Part shown: positions 1 through 12,800 of the stretch, in pieces
Position numbering within the stretch: position 1 is the stretch's first letter
How the letters are laid out: each line of letters starts with the position of its first letter
Source of the DNA: Ruditapes philippinarum
Lineage: Eukaryota
Assembly: GCF_026571515.1 (NCBI RefSeq)
Contig: NW_026854585.1
Coordinates: forward strand, 186,001-250,000
DNA: 64,000 nt
Direction: 5' to 3'
Notes under the pieces: generated by a model
Seen by the model: the letters and a program-made list of their open reading frames with translations, nothing else
Database searches by the model: none
What the model was told of the DNA's origin: nothing
Translations under genes and position numbers: made by a program

Positions 1-3000
1 TTATCATGGAGTACGAGTATATTGAGAATTTGTTTTCGTTGCAAGTGGTTGAAATATTTTATTTCCTTTGACAAAGCTAATAGAAAGAAATAGGGGTCAA
101 AATATATGAGTTGCAAGAGCCTAAACTGTAACTTACATCGTTTAACAAATCATATCTTTTCTGACATATTTGACTCGTTTAGTTTACAATTGTAAAAATG
201 ACAGCTTACGTTTATTAAGTTCGTCCAAATCAAATTAAAGAAACAACTTTAGAGTAGATTGACCTTGGAAATGTAAATGCAATGGATACAATGTTGTCTG
301 GATGATATATATAACTAAGGTCATTTGTTGAAGAAGAATATTCAAGAATTGTTTTGTAAATACTGTTTTACTTTAAATATCTTGGCAAATGCGAGAGGAG
401 TATACATACTGGCATACATTTGTCTAAGCGGATATAAGCTTTATATTTTACCTTGATATTTGACATGTCTTTTTTGATTTATATAATTACGCAATAAACA
501 GATAACAAGATAACATTGGGTTTGTTTCCTTCTAATTTCATACGACAGTTACGAAACTAACATTTGTGCGTATATTTGTTTTAATAATTTTATTTTTAAT
601 GATGATTATCGTCACGAAATTGAATTTAAATGTCATTATAATTCAAAAAAACAGAATAACATATTTTGTTTTATGAAGAATTATGGTATTTCCTTATTAG
701 AAAACGTGAAAGCATTGAAAATATATCATTTTCATGCAGCTGCAAGAATTTCATTCTATATTAATCAAAAAATCACCCAGCATTTTTTCCCAATTCAAAT
801 CTTCCTCATTTGTTTCTATAGTAGAGTGGCAAAAAGCAATTGACTGACTATATCAATTTTCTTTTTTCTCAAAATAATGTAAGCAAAACATTTAAAATAA
901 ATCCTTTCCCTTTCCAAACTAAATTAAGCAACACTGCATTTATACCAACAGAAACTCTATATCATTAGGTAATAGTTCGTGGTATCTCAAAAGCAAAACA
1001 AACTCGGTAATAGTGTATCTCATTTGTCTTAAAATCGGTAAATGAGATATGCATAAACCGTAGCTAATAAATCACCATGACAGATTTTACGTAGATGATG
1101 AGTTCAGAGATATGTTTTTCCTCAAAACTTTTGTGAGAAGAGTATATAGACATTACTCTGAATTATATAAAATCAGTGATAACTCGACCACAATGCAACA
1201 AGCTAAGTATATTTGCATAGAGTAATCGGACAAAACTGACTAAAATTCAGCAACATAGAGAAACGAATTTTTGACAGGTATGTAGGTATGTTCTACTAAT
1301 TTAATGACACACATTCTCAATAGAATGATAGATTATTTTACAAAATGTACACTTATCTTGAGATTCAAAACCAAATGCCGACAAATAATTTTTTGGGGTT
1401 TAGTTGTTGAAAATTATTCTATTCTTGTGATATCAATCATACCTTCAATGTCCTCACTGTTTGTGGCATTGGCTACTGGGTATTCAAAAAACACTCTAAA
1501 TAATACCTTGAAATCCGCGAGTTCTACTTGACGAAAATTATAATTGTGGTTACATTCTTTAGTATTCAATTACATAAGAATTAGACAAATCCGCTTTAAA
1601 ATTAAACAATTTACAAAAACAATAAGCGAAGAAAAAATTCAGTCAATCTGATTAGTTGTACTTGTAAATTAACTCAGTCTGAAAGCCATTTCCTCAGTCG
1701 GGATTTTGTTACGTTTGACCGAAAGTTGTTAGTGCTAAGCTGTAAATTTAAGAACAAAAATAGAATTAAAATATATCTTATACGCGTTGCGACATATTTA
1801 TTTGTGTATGAAATGCAAAGGTTTCAGGTTACAAGAGGAAAAGTAGCAAAGAATAAATCATGTTTATATTTATCAGGAAATATCGAAGCTGAGTTTATCT
1901 TCAGACATTCAAGGATGGGAATATTTGCGGTGCCATAAGTTTTATTTTTCAGGGGAAGTATAAAATCAATTGCAAACTAATTTGTCATTGCTTTTCATTG
2001 TTCAAGCTGTACATTCATTTCTATATTTTAGGTCCTCTAAATAAAGATAAATATTTCCTATAATGTAATCTGTATCTTTAACTTCATTCGAAATCAAATT
2101 CATTTATAGAGTTTTGTATAGCAAGTTTGAATTATTTTGTCATATAAATGAACATGTATATTTTATTTTTTTCCCATTAGTTGACAGTATTCTACGAACA
2201 AATAGGCAACAATTATTAGGAAAAAAGTAAAGATGGTTTTGATTAGAAAATGAGAAGGAAGAATAATACAAGCACAGTCAATGTATAGCTTTTAAAAAAA
2301 GAATTGTTTTTTTTAAATGTGTAAGAAAGATTGTTTATTAAGATTATTTAAATCTGATCACAACAAAAAGATGATTTTGTTGCGTATCAAAAAACCCTCA
2401 TTCAGGATAAAATGTATAAATTTTATGCAGCAAAGTCGATACATAAGCAACTAAGAACGGCAAAGCAAATGACGATAATCATTTCATTGGATTAAATTGC
2501 TTCTTGTTTTTTGTCGTTGTTTTTTTAAGTTGGGTTTGTTTCTTTTCTAATATAAATCATATTTATAATGTATTTCTCTCTTGTGAAAACATATAGCAGC
2601 AGGAAATTGTACATTCAAAATGCCAGCAATCAAAAAACTTTATTTTTCGAAGTATGCACACATACACAAAATACTTTTAAAAACGCACCAAGACGCATTC
2701 CGCACAAATTCGTTATTGCTGTGCCCTTTTTATCACAACAAAAAACTGCAAAATTCAATATTTTATATTTATCTCTACATTTAAGGTGTTCTACATTCGA
2801 AAACACTATTATAAAAATACTCCCTTGAATGTTGTTAATTACTCCGCTTGTTTCCTACCAACCAGTCTATATAAAACATCTGAGATGACAATGAAAATAA
2901 ATGAGGTCATGTTTCATTCTGTATGACTGTTAAGTTATGGCCAATCCCAGATTAATAAAATAAGACATTTATTGACAAGCTTGTTAATAATCATTAATTC

Positions 3001-6000
3001 TCACTTAAACAAAGAAAAATAAGACGACCTCTCTAGGAAAGTGCAAAGATCAAAAAGGTGAATTCTGCAGACGTGGTTTGATTGAGTGTCTTTATGAGAG
3101 AACATCTCTCATGTCCCTAAAGACCAGATTAAACAGCATTCAATCTTTAACGGTATTAGATATCGGAATCAATGATCCGAAAGGCTCAGAAAGGTATACG
3201 TAAGAAAACCGAGATATAGTACGATGTTACACAACATATTTGCACAATGTGTCTATCGCTTTAAAACAAATCAATGTAATTCTACATAAAATCCATTGCT
3301 CAAAATGAGATACTTCTAGAATATAAAATAATATTCAAATATGATAATTCAGATTTACATATTTCATAAAAGTCTCCAGTATGGAGATCCCCAAGAGCAA
3401 CAAAAACAAAGTAATCAGTAAAACCTTCAGATTACGCCTGATCAAATCTATTTGTTAGCTGTCCTCCTGCTATCAGATGTTCCGAAAAAGATATTTCTTC
3501 AGACAGATAGGCGTTCAGTTGGTAATTGTTATATTAAAATCAAATTTTGCAGAAAGGAAAGCTTCTTGTTTTCATGCCATACGTGTAACCAAAGGTAATA
3601 CTTTACATAGCTTTTGAGTTTAAGACGGGGAAAAAAACATTCAATTCAGAAACTTAAAACTTAGCGAGGAAATTTAAATAGTAAACCATTCATAATTTTA
3701 AATCAGCTTTACATTTGAGAATTGTTACAAACAATTACGATAAAATTGTAACTTGTTCATATTCATATTTTTAATAGTTCTTATACTAATGTCATATAAC
3801 AAGTATAGGGAATACGTGAAATTGAATTAATATGGGAATAAAACGTTGATTTTCTTTTTCTTCCTCTTTTTCTGAAATGTTACTCAATTCAAAATGTTAG
3901 TAGTTTATGTTGTGTGTATATATAGCTTTTTACAAAATGAAATCGAAAGGCATCAGTTAGTAAAATTAATTACAAACTAAAATAATAATACTGATAATTA
4001 TTATTCAAATGATCATCATCAAAGTCGTTTTCGTCGTCAACATCATCAGCATTATTTTCTTGTGTTATTATAGAAAATAAGGATAAAATTAGTGCATTGA
4101 TAACTACTCAGAACGGTTGCCTTCTTGCTACAATTATAGTGAAGTATGTCATGGACAATATTAAATATGGTCTTAGATGGATTTCACAATATAAAATAAT
4201 ATGTTTATTTCGGTGAACTTTATCACATTATTTCATAAGATATGGTCAGTATTGTCTCTTGAATTATTGTAAAGAAAGTTTAATTTTCTAAAGGATGGTC
4301 CAATGGTAATATTTTTACCCTGACAAATTTGAACATCTTTTCTCTACGGTTTACAAAATTAAAATTGATTCCAATACGTTTTCCGTTTCGCAACTGCCGG
4401 CATGTTTTCTCATAAATGTCACAAAGAATGAAGCAATAGCTAATCATCAAAAACATACTGTCTACAGATTCTTCAAAAAACAAAAAAGATGCAGTACTTG
4501 CTCCCGTGATACATCAACAAAGTTACACTAAGTTGACGCAAATAATAAATTAATAGCACCCCAATGTAGACAGAAAACAGAATTGTCGGCAAAAATATTT
4601 CCAACTTAGGATTTGCATAGACTAGGTGATGTTTGAAGGAAAGTGTGAAACTAACATGCATGCATCGATAAATTAAGTCAGATTTTGTAGATGTTTGTTT
4701 GAGTTCAAACGTTCACTGAATTAAAGCCATTTATTTTGAGTACAAAGAAGTGCAATTATCTTGCAGTTAAAACTTGCTGTAAGTTAGTTATAAAATAGTG
4801 ATAACCATTTGCATTGCGCATTATTTAAAATAAAAACGTCAACATGGAAGTTGTCAAAAATGTTTTCCGATGCAACTCAAAGGGCACTGATTCTGCTTAT
4901 TTAAATGACCGAAGTAAAAAGAGTACAAAAATCCGACAATATAAGCAAATACCCTGAATGATAGCCATTCTGTAACGTCTGATTGAAATGTCTGAAGAAA
5001 TGTCGAAGTGACTGTGCACCAAGCTACCCGCACGCCTTCCTTTACCACCAATTATAAGAAGACATTATAGCATATAATTCATGTTGTTTTTTTTTCCATT
5101 TGTTCTGATAATATCATGAATATTTGTACCTTGAAATATATGAACTTATCCATGTTTGAAATATTCTAACCTGTAATCTCAAACACAGTAATTATTGGCA
5201 TAAATACAATAAACCTGGTATAATCCTTTGAAAACACACGCAAGCTTTATTATTTAAATGTACTTTGTTGCCACGACATAAAATTCGATTTTCCTCATTG
5301 TATCTCTGCGTAATCAACTGCTAGATGTTGTTAATCAATTTTATTGAATTATACGCAATTCGAATGGCAATTACTCAATATCACAAGCAATGCTAATAAT
5401 AGAATTTTCTGCGAATGATATTAAGTGCACTGGAAGTGTAACACAAAAAAAAGGAAAATATGGTACCTTATCAGAAGTTGTGACCTGACCGAGTGATTAT
5501 CGCGTCGGACTAGTAATCTAAGGTATGTAGACCGGATTGATTTAAATCCCGTCAAGGGCAAAGGTATTGTTAAATTGCGCAAGATACTTAACCGCTCATT
5601 ACTTAATGCTGGATGATTCCAGGAACTCATCCGAGAGTGTTTCTATGAGATTATAGCTTTATTCAAAATTTGTTTAAACTAAACCAAACTCTTTACTCAT
5701 TTCCACAGACTGAGATATATTACAGGAAAATTTTACTTGAAGAAAACAAGTGAACATAATCAGACTGATTGATTTCGTTTGTTTTTGAGAAAATATGAAT
5801 CTCATAACGGCCGTTCTGCTCTTTGACAGTTAGTAAAAGCTCCCATAAAGAATTCATTTAATGTAGTTAAGGGTTTTCTAATTGCAATTATCCAAAACAA
5901 ATAAGGGCCCTGCCGTTTTGTTTGCTGGCCATATTAAGTATTTACTTTTGTTTAAGTTATTTTGTCAAACTAAATACACATGATAATTTTACATGGGAAG

Positions 6001-9000
6001 TTGTGTTAAAAACAATTTTCACAGTTTCATAATATTCTAATTTTGGCTTCCTTTCTCTTGCTGGAAGTTTATCTATCTGAATTTAATCACGATTACTGTC
6101 TGTAATGGATGGCGTCGAATGTTCCTACATTGCTTTATGTCTGTAAATATGAAAGTTCCCTTTTGAGTTATTGTGACATAGAATGTGGTATTTTGTTTGC
6201 ATTATTGGAAATGATTATTAAACAAAATGACCTTTGGGAATGGTTTGTTTTGGCTCGAAAATTCATACATAATTTGTAGATAAAATCGGATGATTGTGCG
6301 TTTGCCAACTGTTTAGTAACGAGAGAGAATATATGTGCAAAAAGTTTTAAATGAAAACGTACAGAATATCGGTTATATTTTGTCTAGTGCATTGAGAGAT
6401 TTATCTCCTTCAACAACAATTGGACAAAATATCCATCAATTCCTTCAAGAGTTCATCATGTAGGCTATATTTTCAATGGATATCTAAATTAGTGAAAGCA
6501 AATGTTTCTTTATAAATTAAAGTCATCGAAGTTTTCTGCTATTTTATACCTGATTCAAATGCTTTGTTTGTTTTTGGGTTTTACGTCACATCGACACAGT
6601 ATAGGTCATATCGCGACGTTCCAGCTTTACTGGTGGAGGAAGGCCTCAGGTGTCCTTCCGTGCATTATTTCAGGCACGAACGGGTACCTGAGTAGAACCA
6701 CCGACGTTCCGTAAGCTAGCTGGATAGCTTCCTCACATGAAAGAATCCAAAGTCCCTGTCGGGATTCGAACCCACAGAGGGGCAAGTGGTTTGAAGTCAA
6801 CGACTTTAAGCACTCGGCCACGGACGCCCCATACGATTTAAATGCCGTTTGTCATTGGCTATAACTAGATGTAAAGTAGGAACCAGGAATCTAATCAATC
6901 TGAATCTCAATTTTACCATACATATGCAACCAGTATAAAGTATAATGTCAGGCTAAACCGTACATCAATTCGGATGTATTTTAATTATTTTTTCAATTGC
7001 TGGATAATTTGTGTTTGGCGTTTTTGATTATCAAATTTCTTAAAATAACTAAGTGAATCCTTTTCTTTCATTTAAACAGTCAAACAGACCGCATTGACTT
7101 GATTGACACAACTGGAAATTTTTCAATATTTGAAATAAAAAAGGGAGGATTAATAATTTTCTAGTTTGTTTTTCTCAGTGTGAAAAATAGATTGTCGCTG
7201 TACAAATTCTTTAAACCATTATTTTCATTGTCAACATCATTACGTTCATTGTCAATTTAAGCCAAGATGAACTACAACTAAAGGCAAGTAATATGACATT
7301 AAAGTCTATGTTTTTCTTGAAAGAAGCAAAGAAATTAAACTAAATAAAAACAACGGTGTTTGAAGTCACTTTGATAATTCAAATCGCAGTGAGATTTGTA
7401 ATATTTAATGTTTATCTTCAAGAAAATTGACTCCAGAAAACATCGGCTGTCCTTAAGGCAAATACTCAATTTGAAATAAAAGCTGCAGTTGGTGAATTTG
7501 AGTTCAAATGGCAAAAGAAATATGATTCTTATTTGTGTCTTTTACTATAAATGTTTTACAAATAGTCCATGTTATTAGAAAATAAAAAGATATCTTTACT
7601 AAGAATTAAATAACAAGAAATTATATCTAACTTTTTAAACTTAAAGAACAATTTCAAAGTTATCAATATGACCCTCCTTTTTCTTGCTTTAATTTACTTG
7701 TATTTCATTGTATGCGGCATGGTACTGTATGAATAAAGTTCTTATTTTCAATCCGTTGTAAAAGGCCCCATTTATTTTATGTTTAATTGATCTACGTTTA
7801 AAGCGAAAAAATGTCTGCAAAAATTTGGAAACAACATGTTACAGTCCCATAAAAAATATCGATTTATCATTTTAAAGTTTCACCAATTTATTTTTTTCAC
7901 TGAACCTTATATGTTTATTCATAAGTGACTTATCATCATTTGTATACTATATATAAGAGTGTTTACTTTTTCTTCAGATTCTACTGCTTTACGAATAAGC
8001 CTACCAATTGATTGCCACAATAACAATCTTGTTTGTTCTGCATTGTCGGAAATATTTACTAAGAGTTTGGTCCTTTGGGAATAATGAATATATCTTGCTC
8101 TTGTTTATTATGCACATACAAATGGAGAATAACTATCTTCAGCATCGTTTGCAAATAAACTCTCTGAAGAAATATTCACAATCACATTTGACTGGAAATT
8201 ATGAAATTATGATGGCATTTCTTATAACCTGTTCTTGATTTTACCCTTCGGCACCTTTATTAGAATGTTACTATATACAAATAACTGATAGTTAGTATAT
8301 TCCATAAAACTCGTCAGTATGTCTTTAATTGACAGTTCTGTATAATCAGTTCCCCCACAATGAAGACAATATCATCGTTTATCAAGTAAAAAAAGACGAC
8401 TAGAATAGTTATTTGTAGGAGGAAGCTGTATCTACGTCACTAGTACCACAAGATCATATTCGTTGTAAGGAAACATACGTCAATTACAACATGAATTTCA
8501 CCTAAAATATCTATTAATATTAAACAAGAATAGTTGGAGAAGACGACAGGTCTAAATGCACTGATTCAAGGAGAGGAACTTACAAATTCAACAAAGGTTC
8601 CAAGATTACCACGAGTGTCAATCTGTAGCTTAAAACACAACGAAAGATTAGATTGGTCAAAATCACATGTTTTAATGTCATTTCCCAGGGGTTATGCTTG
8701 CATTGATTATATCCATTGTGTGATCTTAACCACTGTAAACGCTTATCAGTGATTATGTCTTGCCTCTGTTATCATTCAGTCTTCACATATAGTTTGGAAT
8801 TACTCTAAACCGGTGAGATTTCCTTTCATGAACAGAGTCTTGTTATGTCCGATTACTTGTTTCATTGATGACAAAGGGTCACCATTTCCAGATTTTCCAT
8901 ACTGTGGGTTTCTTGATCTTAGTATTTGATATTCGAATGTATATTTGTAGTTCTAACTTCTAATCAGGTCAGCTAAATAACACACACTGGGCGAGTAAAA

Positions 9001-9811
9001 GATTTATGGTGCCTTATAATTTCCCAGTAATTATTGTCTAGGCATCCTTGAAAATGACGCATGGCGAGTCTCATATTCTAAAGTTAAGTAATTGAAATTG
9101 AAATAGCGATACGTTAAGAGGTCGTTCACTGTGAAAATTATCGGTGTAGTCGACAATGTAATTGTTTGAAAGATATGTAAACATTGTCTGGTCAATTTGC
9201 CGATTAGAAGAACAAGAATTCTGTAACACTGTTATGATAAGTGATGATTTAGTGTTGAACTTAGTTTGTTTTACTTTACTCTAATTAAAACTTTTGTCCA
9301 TAATAATTGTAACTAGTTTGCTTAAAATATCTATTTCATTTGGAAATCTTGTTTCCTTCAAAGTTTATGTAACTTCAGTTACAACATTGTAACAACTTTG
9401 TATGCCTATCTCAATGAAATATAACCAAAGGCCTTTTCGGGAAAATAATCTTCCTTGGTCCCAGACATTTTTTTCATAGAAATACTAGAATGTCGATTAG
9501 AAAACGACGATAAATCAATTGGTAGCTAATTTATTATTACTTTTCCCTTGATCAGTTCACTCGGATTGTCAATTTATCACTTTTGTGTAATGTTGGTAGC
9601 ATCTTGAGACACTAAACTTCCCGTAAAATAACATATATTTATTACACACTGTATTAACATATAAGTTGACTTTCCAATTTAGTTCAAGTTATGTCTGTCT
9701 CCATCCATTTCTAACTTCATGATTTAATTATTTTTTATTAAATTGTTCGAAATGATGTAAGCTGAACAAGAACGAAAACTTGATCTTTGTAACCCCTTCT
9801 TTAGACATGTT
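1..9811 (+). repeat. Non-coding tandem segmental duplication, unit 1 (left edge may lie outside the window)
   Basis: Collinear with 9812-~20700 throughout, e.g. TCATGGAGTA...TATTGAGAATTT at 4 and 9815, and GTTAAGAGGTCGTTCACTGTG at ~9113 and ~20520. Many indels, and roughly 80-90% identity outside the conserved patches. Confidence 0.93.
6563..6830 (-). mobile_element. tRNA-derived SINE (bivalve Meta-SINE-like), full length
   Basis: The minus strand reads GGGGCGTCCGTGGCCGAGTG (A box) ... GTTCGAATCC (B box), then the core GAAGCTATCCAGCTAGCTTACGGAACGTCGGTGGTTCTAC and an (AAAC)-like tail. Degenerate TSD: atacctgattcaaatgc / atacgatttaaatgc. The paralogous site at ~18104-18122 is empty. Confidence 0.9.
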
Positions 9812-12800
9812 CTTTCATGGAGTATATTGAGAATTTGTTTGCGTTGCAAATGGTTGAAATATTTTATTTTCTTTGACAAAACTAATAGAAAGAAATAGGG
9901 GTTAAACTATATGTGTTCTAAGAGCCTAATTTGTATCTTACATTGTTAAACAAATTATATATATTTCCTGTTAAGTTTACTATTGTGAAAATGACTGCTT
10001 ACGTTTATCAAGTTTGTCCAAATCAAATTAAAGAAACAATTTTAGAGTAGATTGACCTTTGAAAAGTAAATGCAATGGGTACAATAATGTCAGGATGATA
10101 TGTATTACTAAGCTCAATTGTTGCAGCAGACGAATGTTCAAACATTTTATTTTAAAAGACAGTCTTACTTTATCTTAGCAAAAGCAAGAGGAGTATACGT
10201 CCTGGCATATATTTGTATAAGCCATATAAACTTTATATTTTACCTTGATATTTGACATGTCTTTTTTAATTTATAAAATTACGCAATAAACAGATGTCAA
10301 GATGACATTGGGATTGTTTTCTTTTGAATTTCATACGACAGTTACGAAATATTTGTCCGTATATTGTTTTAATAATATTATTTTAATAATGATTATCGTC
10401 ACAAAATTGAATTTAAATGTCATTACAATTTAATAAATAGTAGTAGCAGAATAACATATTTGTTTTATGAGGAATTGTGGTGTTTCCTTATAAGAACGCC
10501 ATTCAAAAAGTGAAAGAATTCAAAATATATAATTTCCTTATAATTATGCAGCTGCAAGATTTTCATTCTATATTAAACAAAAAATCACCCAGCATATTTT
10601 CTCCTATTCAAATCTTCCTCATTAGTAGAGTGGCAAAAACAACTGATAGATTATATCAATTTTCTCAAAATAATGTAAGCAAAACATCTCTAATAAATCC
10701 TTTCCCTTTGAAATCAAATTAAGCAACACTGCATTTATACCAACAGAAACTCTATATCATTAGGTAATAGTTCGTGGTATCTCATAAGCAAAACAATCTC
10801 GGTCATATTGTATCTCCTTATCTGATATTATTTGCCTGAAAATTGGCAAATGAGATATGTAGAAACCGTACTTACATGTAATAAAATCTATGACAGATTT
10901 CACGAAGATACTAGGTTCAGAGATAGGTTTTTCCTCGTAACTTTTGTAAGAAGAGTATATTGCCTTTACTCTCAATTACGTAAAAGCAGAGCTAACTCGG
11001 TTACAATGCAACAAGCTAAGTATATTCACAGTATATAAACGATTTGAACCCCAACCGGATCTTGTGAGAAGAATTCAGCATCTAAACGTACAATCAGGCG
11101 TAATGACACATTAAACTATTAAAAATCGGCTTGAATTTAATATGTTACGGTATGTTAACATTTGATTCATATTAAGAGATAATTTATCTTTGCTTAAATA
11201 TACATCCATAACCTTCTTCGTAAAATATATGCGCATAAAACGCTGTGCTCTTCGCCTCATATTTTGTTTATGTCAACACACGCCGATTACACAAGCAAAT
11301 GTATGCCTAAAATTGTTTTTATTTTACTATAACTCATATCTGAATCTTAACTTTATTGTCTTAACCTCATGTTACCGGACAGACACTTGTGAAAATATCT
11401 TTGAATATTGATAAAACATAGTAAATAATAGTGGCGACATTTCTGATAACTGTACCCGTCTTGCTAAAACAATTTTAATGATCTGTACCCTACTTGTGTT
11501 TTCACTGAACCATTACTTGCGAGTCACTTTTGATGATTTTATTGTGTTTTTGTCGTATGTTCTTAATTTTGATGCGCAGAATATGAAGTTATTGTGTCAC
11601 AAGAGAAGGGTACATGTTTTAGTTCTATGTAAGTAACTAAAACTGCATATGAATGAAGGTGCTTCGTCATGTTTTCACTGTCTTGAAAATACCGGCATGA
11701 AGTGGCTGTCTATACGAATCAGAAAGACAATTGTTTCTTGAAAGGAATAATTAACAACGACATTGTTGTTAGTTTTGACGTGACCGTTATATAACGTCAC
11801 GTATAAAAAAAACTCGAAATATCATTACAAGATTTTTTTGCAGATTACTTATTTCAACATGTTGAAAGCTTTTCACCTACCGTTGATTTCATTCTGCTTT
11901 TTTAAACACTGTTTTATATTCTCAGAAATTAATTGACTTTCTTTTTCTGACATGTACGACTTTTATTCTTGTATATCTTTCATAGACGTCGACAATTTTG
12001 GCATCTTTTTAAACGGAGAATATTCGGGAAATTTTGAAATTTTAATTGTCAGTGTTTCAGCTATTGGTATAAACTTCTTTTTTTTTCGTTTACGTTATTG
12101 GCTGTGACGCTGAAATTTTTTAAGTAGAAAATTTTATTCTTCTTATTTTCAAGTTGCAGTCTGGATGGCGAATAATTAGAGGTCAATGATGTCATTGAAA
12201 TTCGTAGTCTTTACTGAACAGTATATGCAGTTGTATTCTTGCATGGTGATGCGAAAGAAAAATATACATAGCATTATATATTTTCTTAAACAAATGATTA
12301 ACAATATTATCAGTTAAACCAATTCTCGGTAAATACCTTATATCCCACCTTATATACTAAAATTCTATTATAATCATTTATATTTTCTGGCAATAATTGA
12401 TACAAAATCGCAATGAACGTAAACTTTTTCTCCAATAAATCTTTAAAAATACTCACAAGTCAGGGTACAGATAAAATTCGTAAACTCACAAGTAGGGTTC
12501 ACAATCACCAGCAAGTAACGTTCAGTTTACGGAAATGACCTCCTTGGTAAAACTTGGTAAATTTATGTTCAAGATACAGCAATATGTTATGCATATGACT
12601 AAATTATCGTTTGTTATTGATTAATTTAGTAGTCCGATATCAAAATTCAATGTTTAACTAAATCAACATTGGAATAAGACGGATTTTTGTTCGTGTTCAG
12701 TGTTGATCACATGAAAGCTGTTCGTGAGTTTCGATTATTTTATAGCCTTCGTGCTAACGTTTATGTTTTGCATAACTTAGACGTTTAATATAGTTTCTCT

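Noticed and set aside
3503-3521. 19-nt plus-strand microexon (ttcttcag|...|gtaatt), identical in both units
   Set aside because: It is antisense to the host gene, no partner exons were found, and such motifs are common in AT-rich DNA.
4473-5051. Paired ORFs shared between units (4473-4661/16058-16264 and 4854-5051/16434-16634)
   Set aside because: Similarity follows from the duplication. Frameshifting indels and mostly non-synonymous changes argue against coding.
5822-5886. Pre-miRNA-like hairpin
   Set aside because: Pairing of the 3' arm is degraded in the unit-2 copy and there is no match to a miRNA family I recognise.
6760-6830. tRNA gene
   Set aside because: The A/B boxes belong to the SINE head, and the sequence continues into SINE core and tail with other copies in the window.
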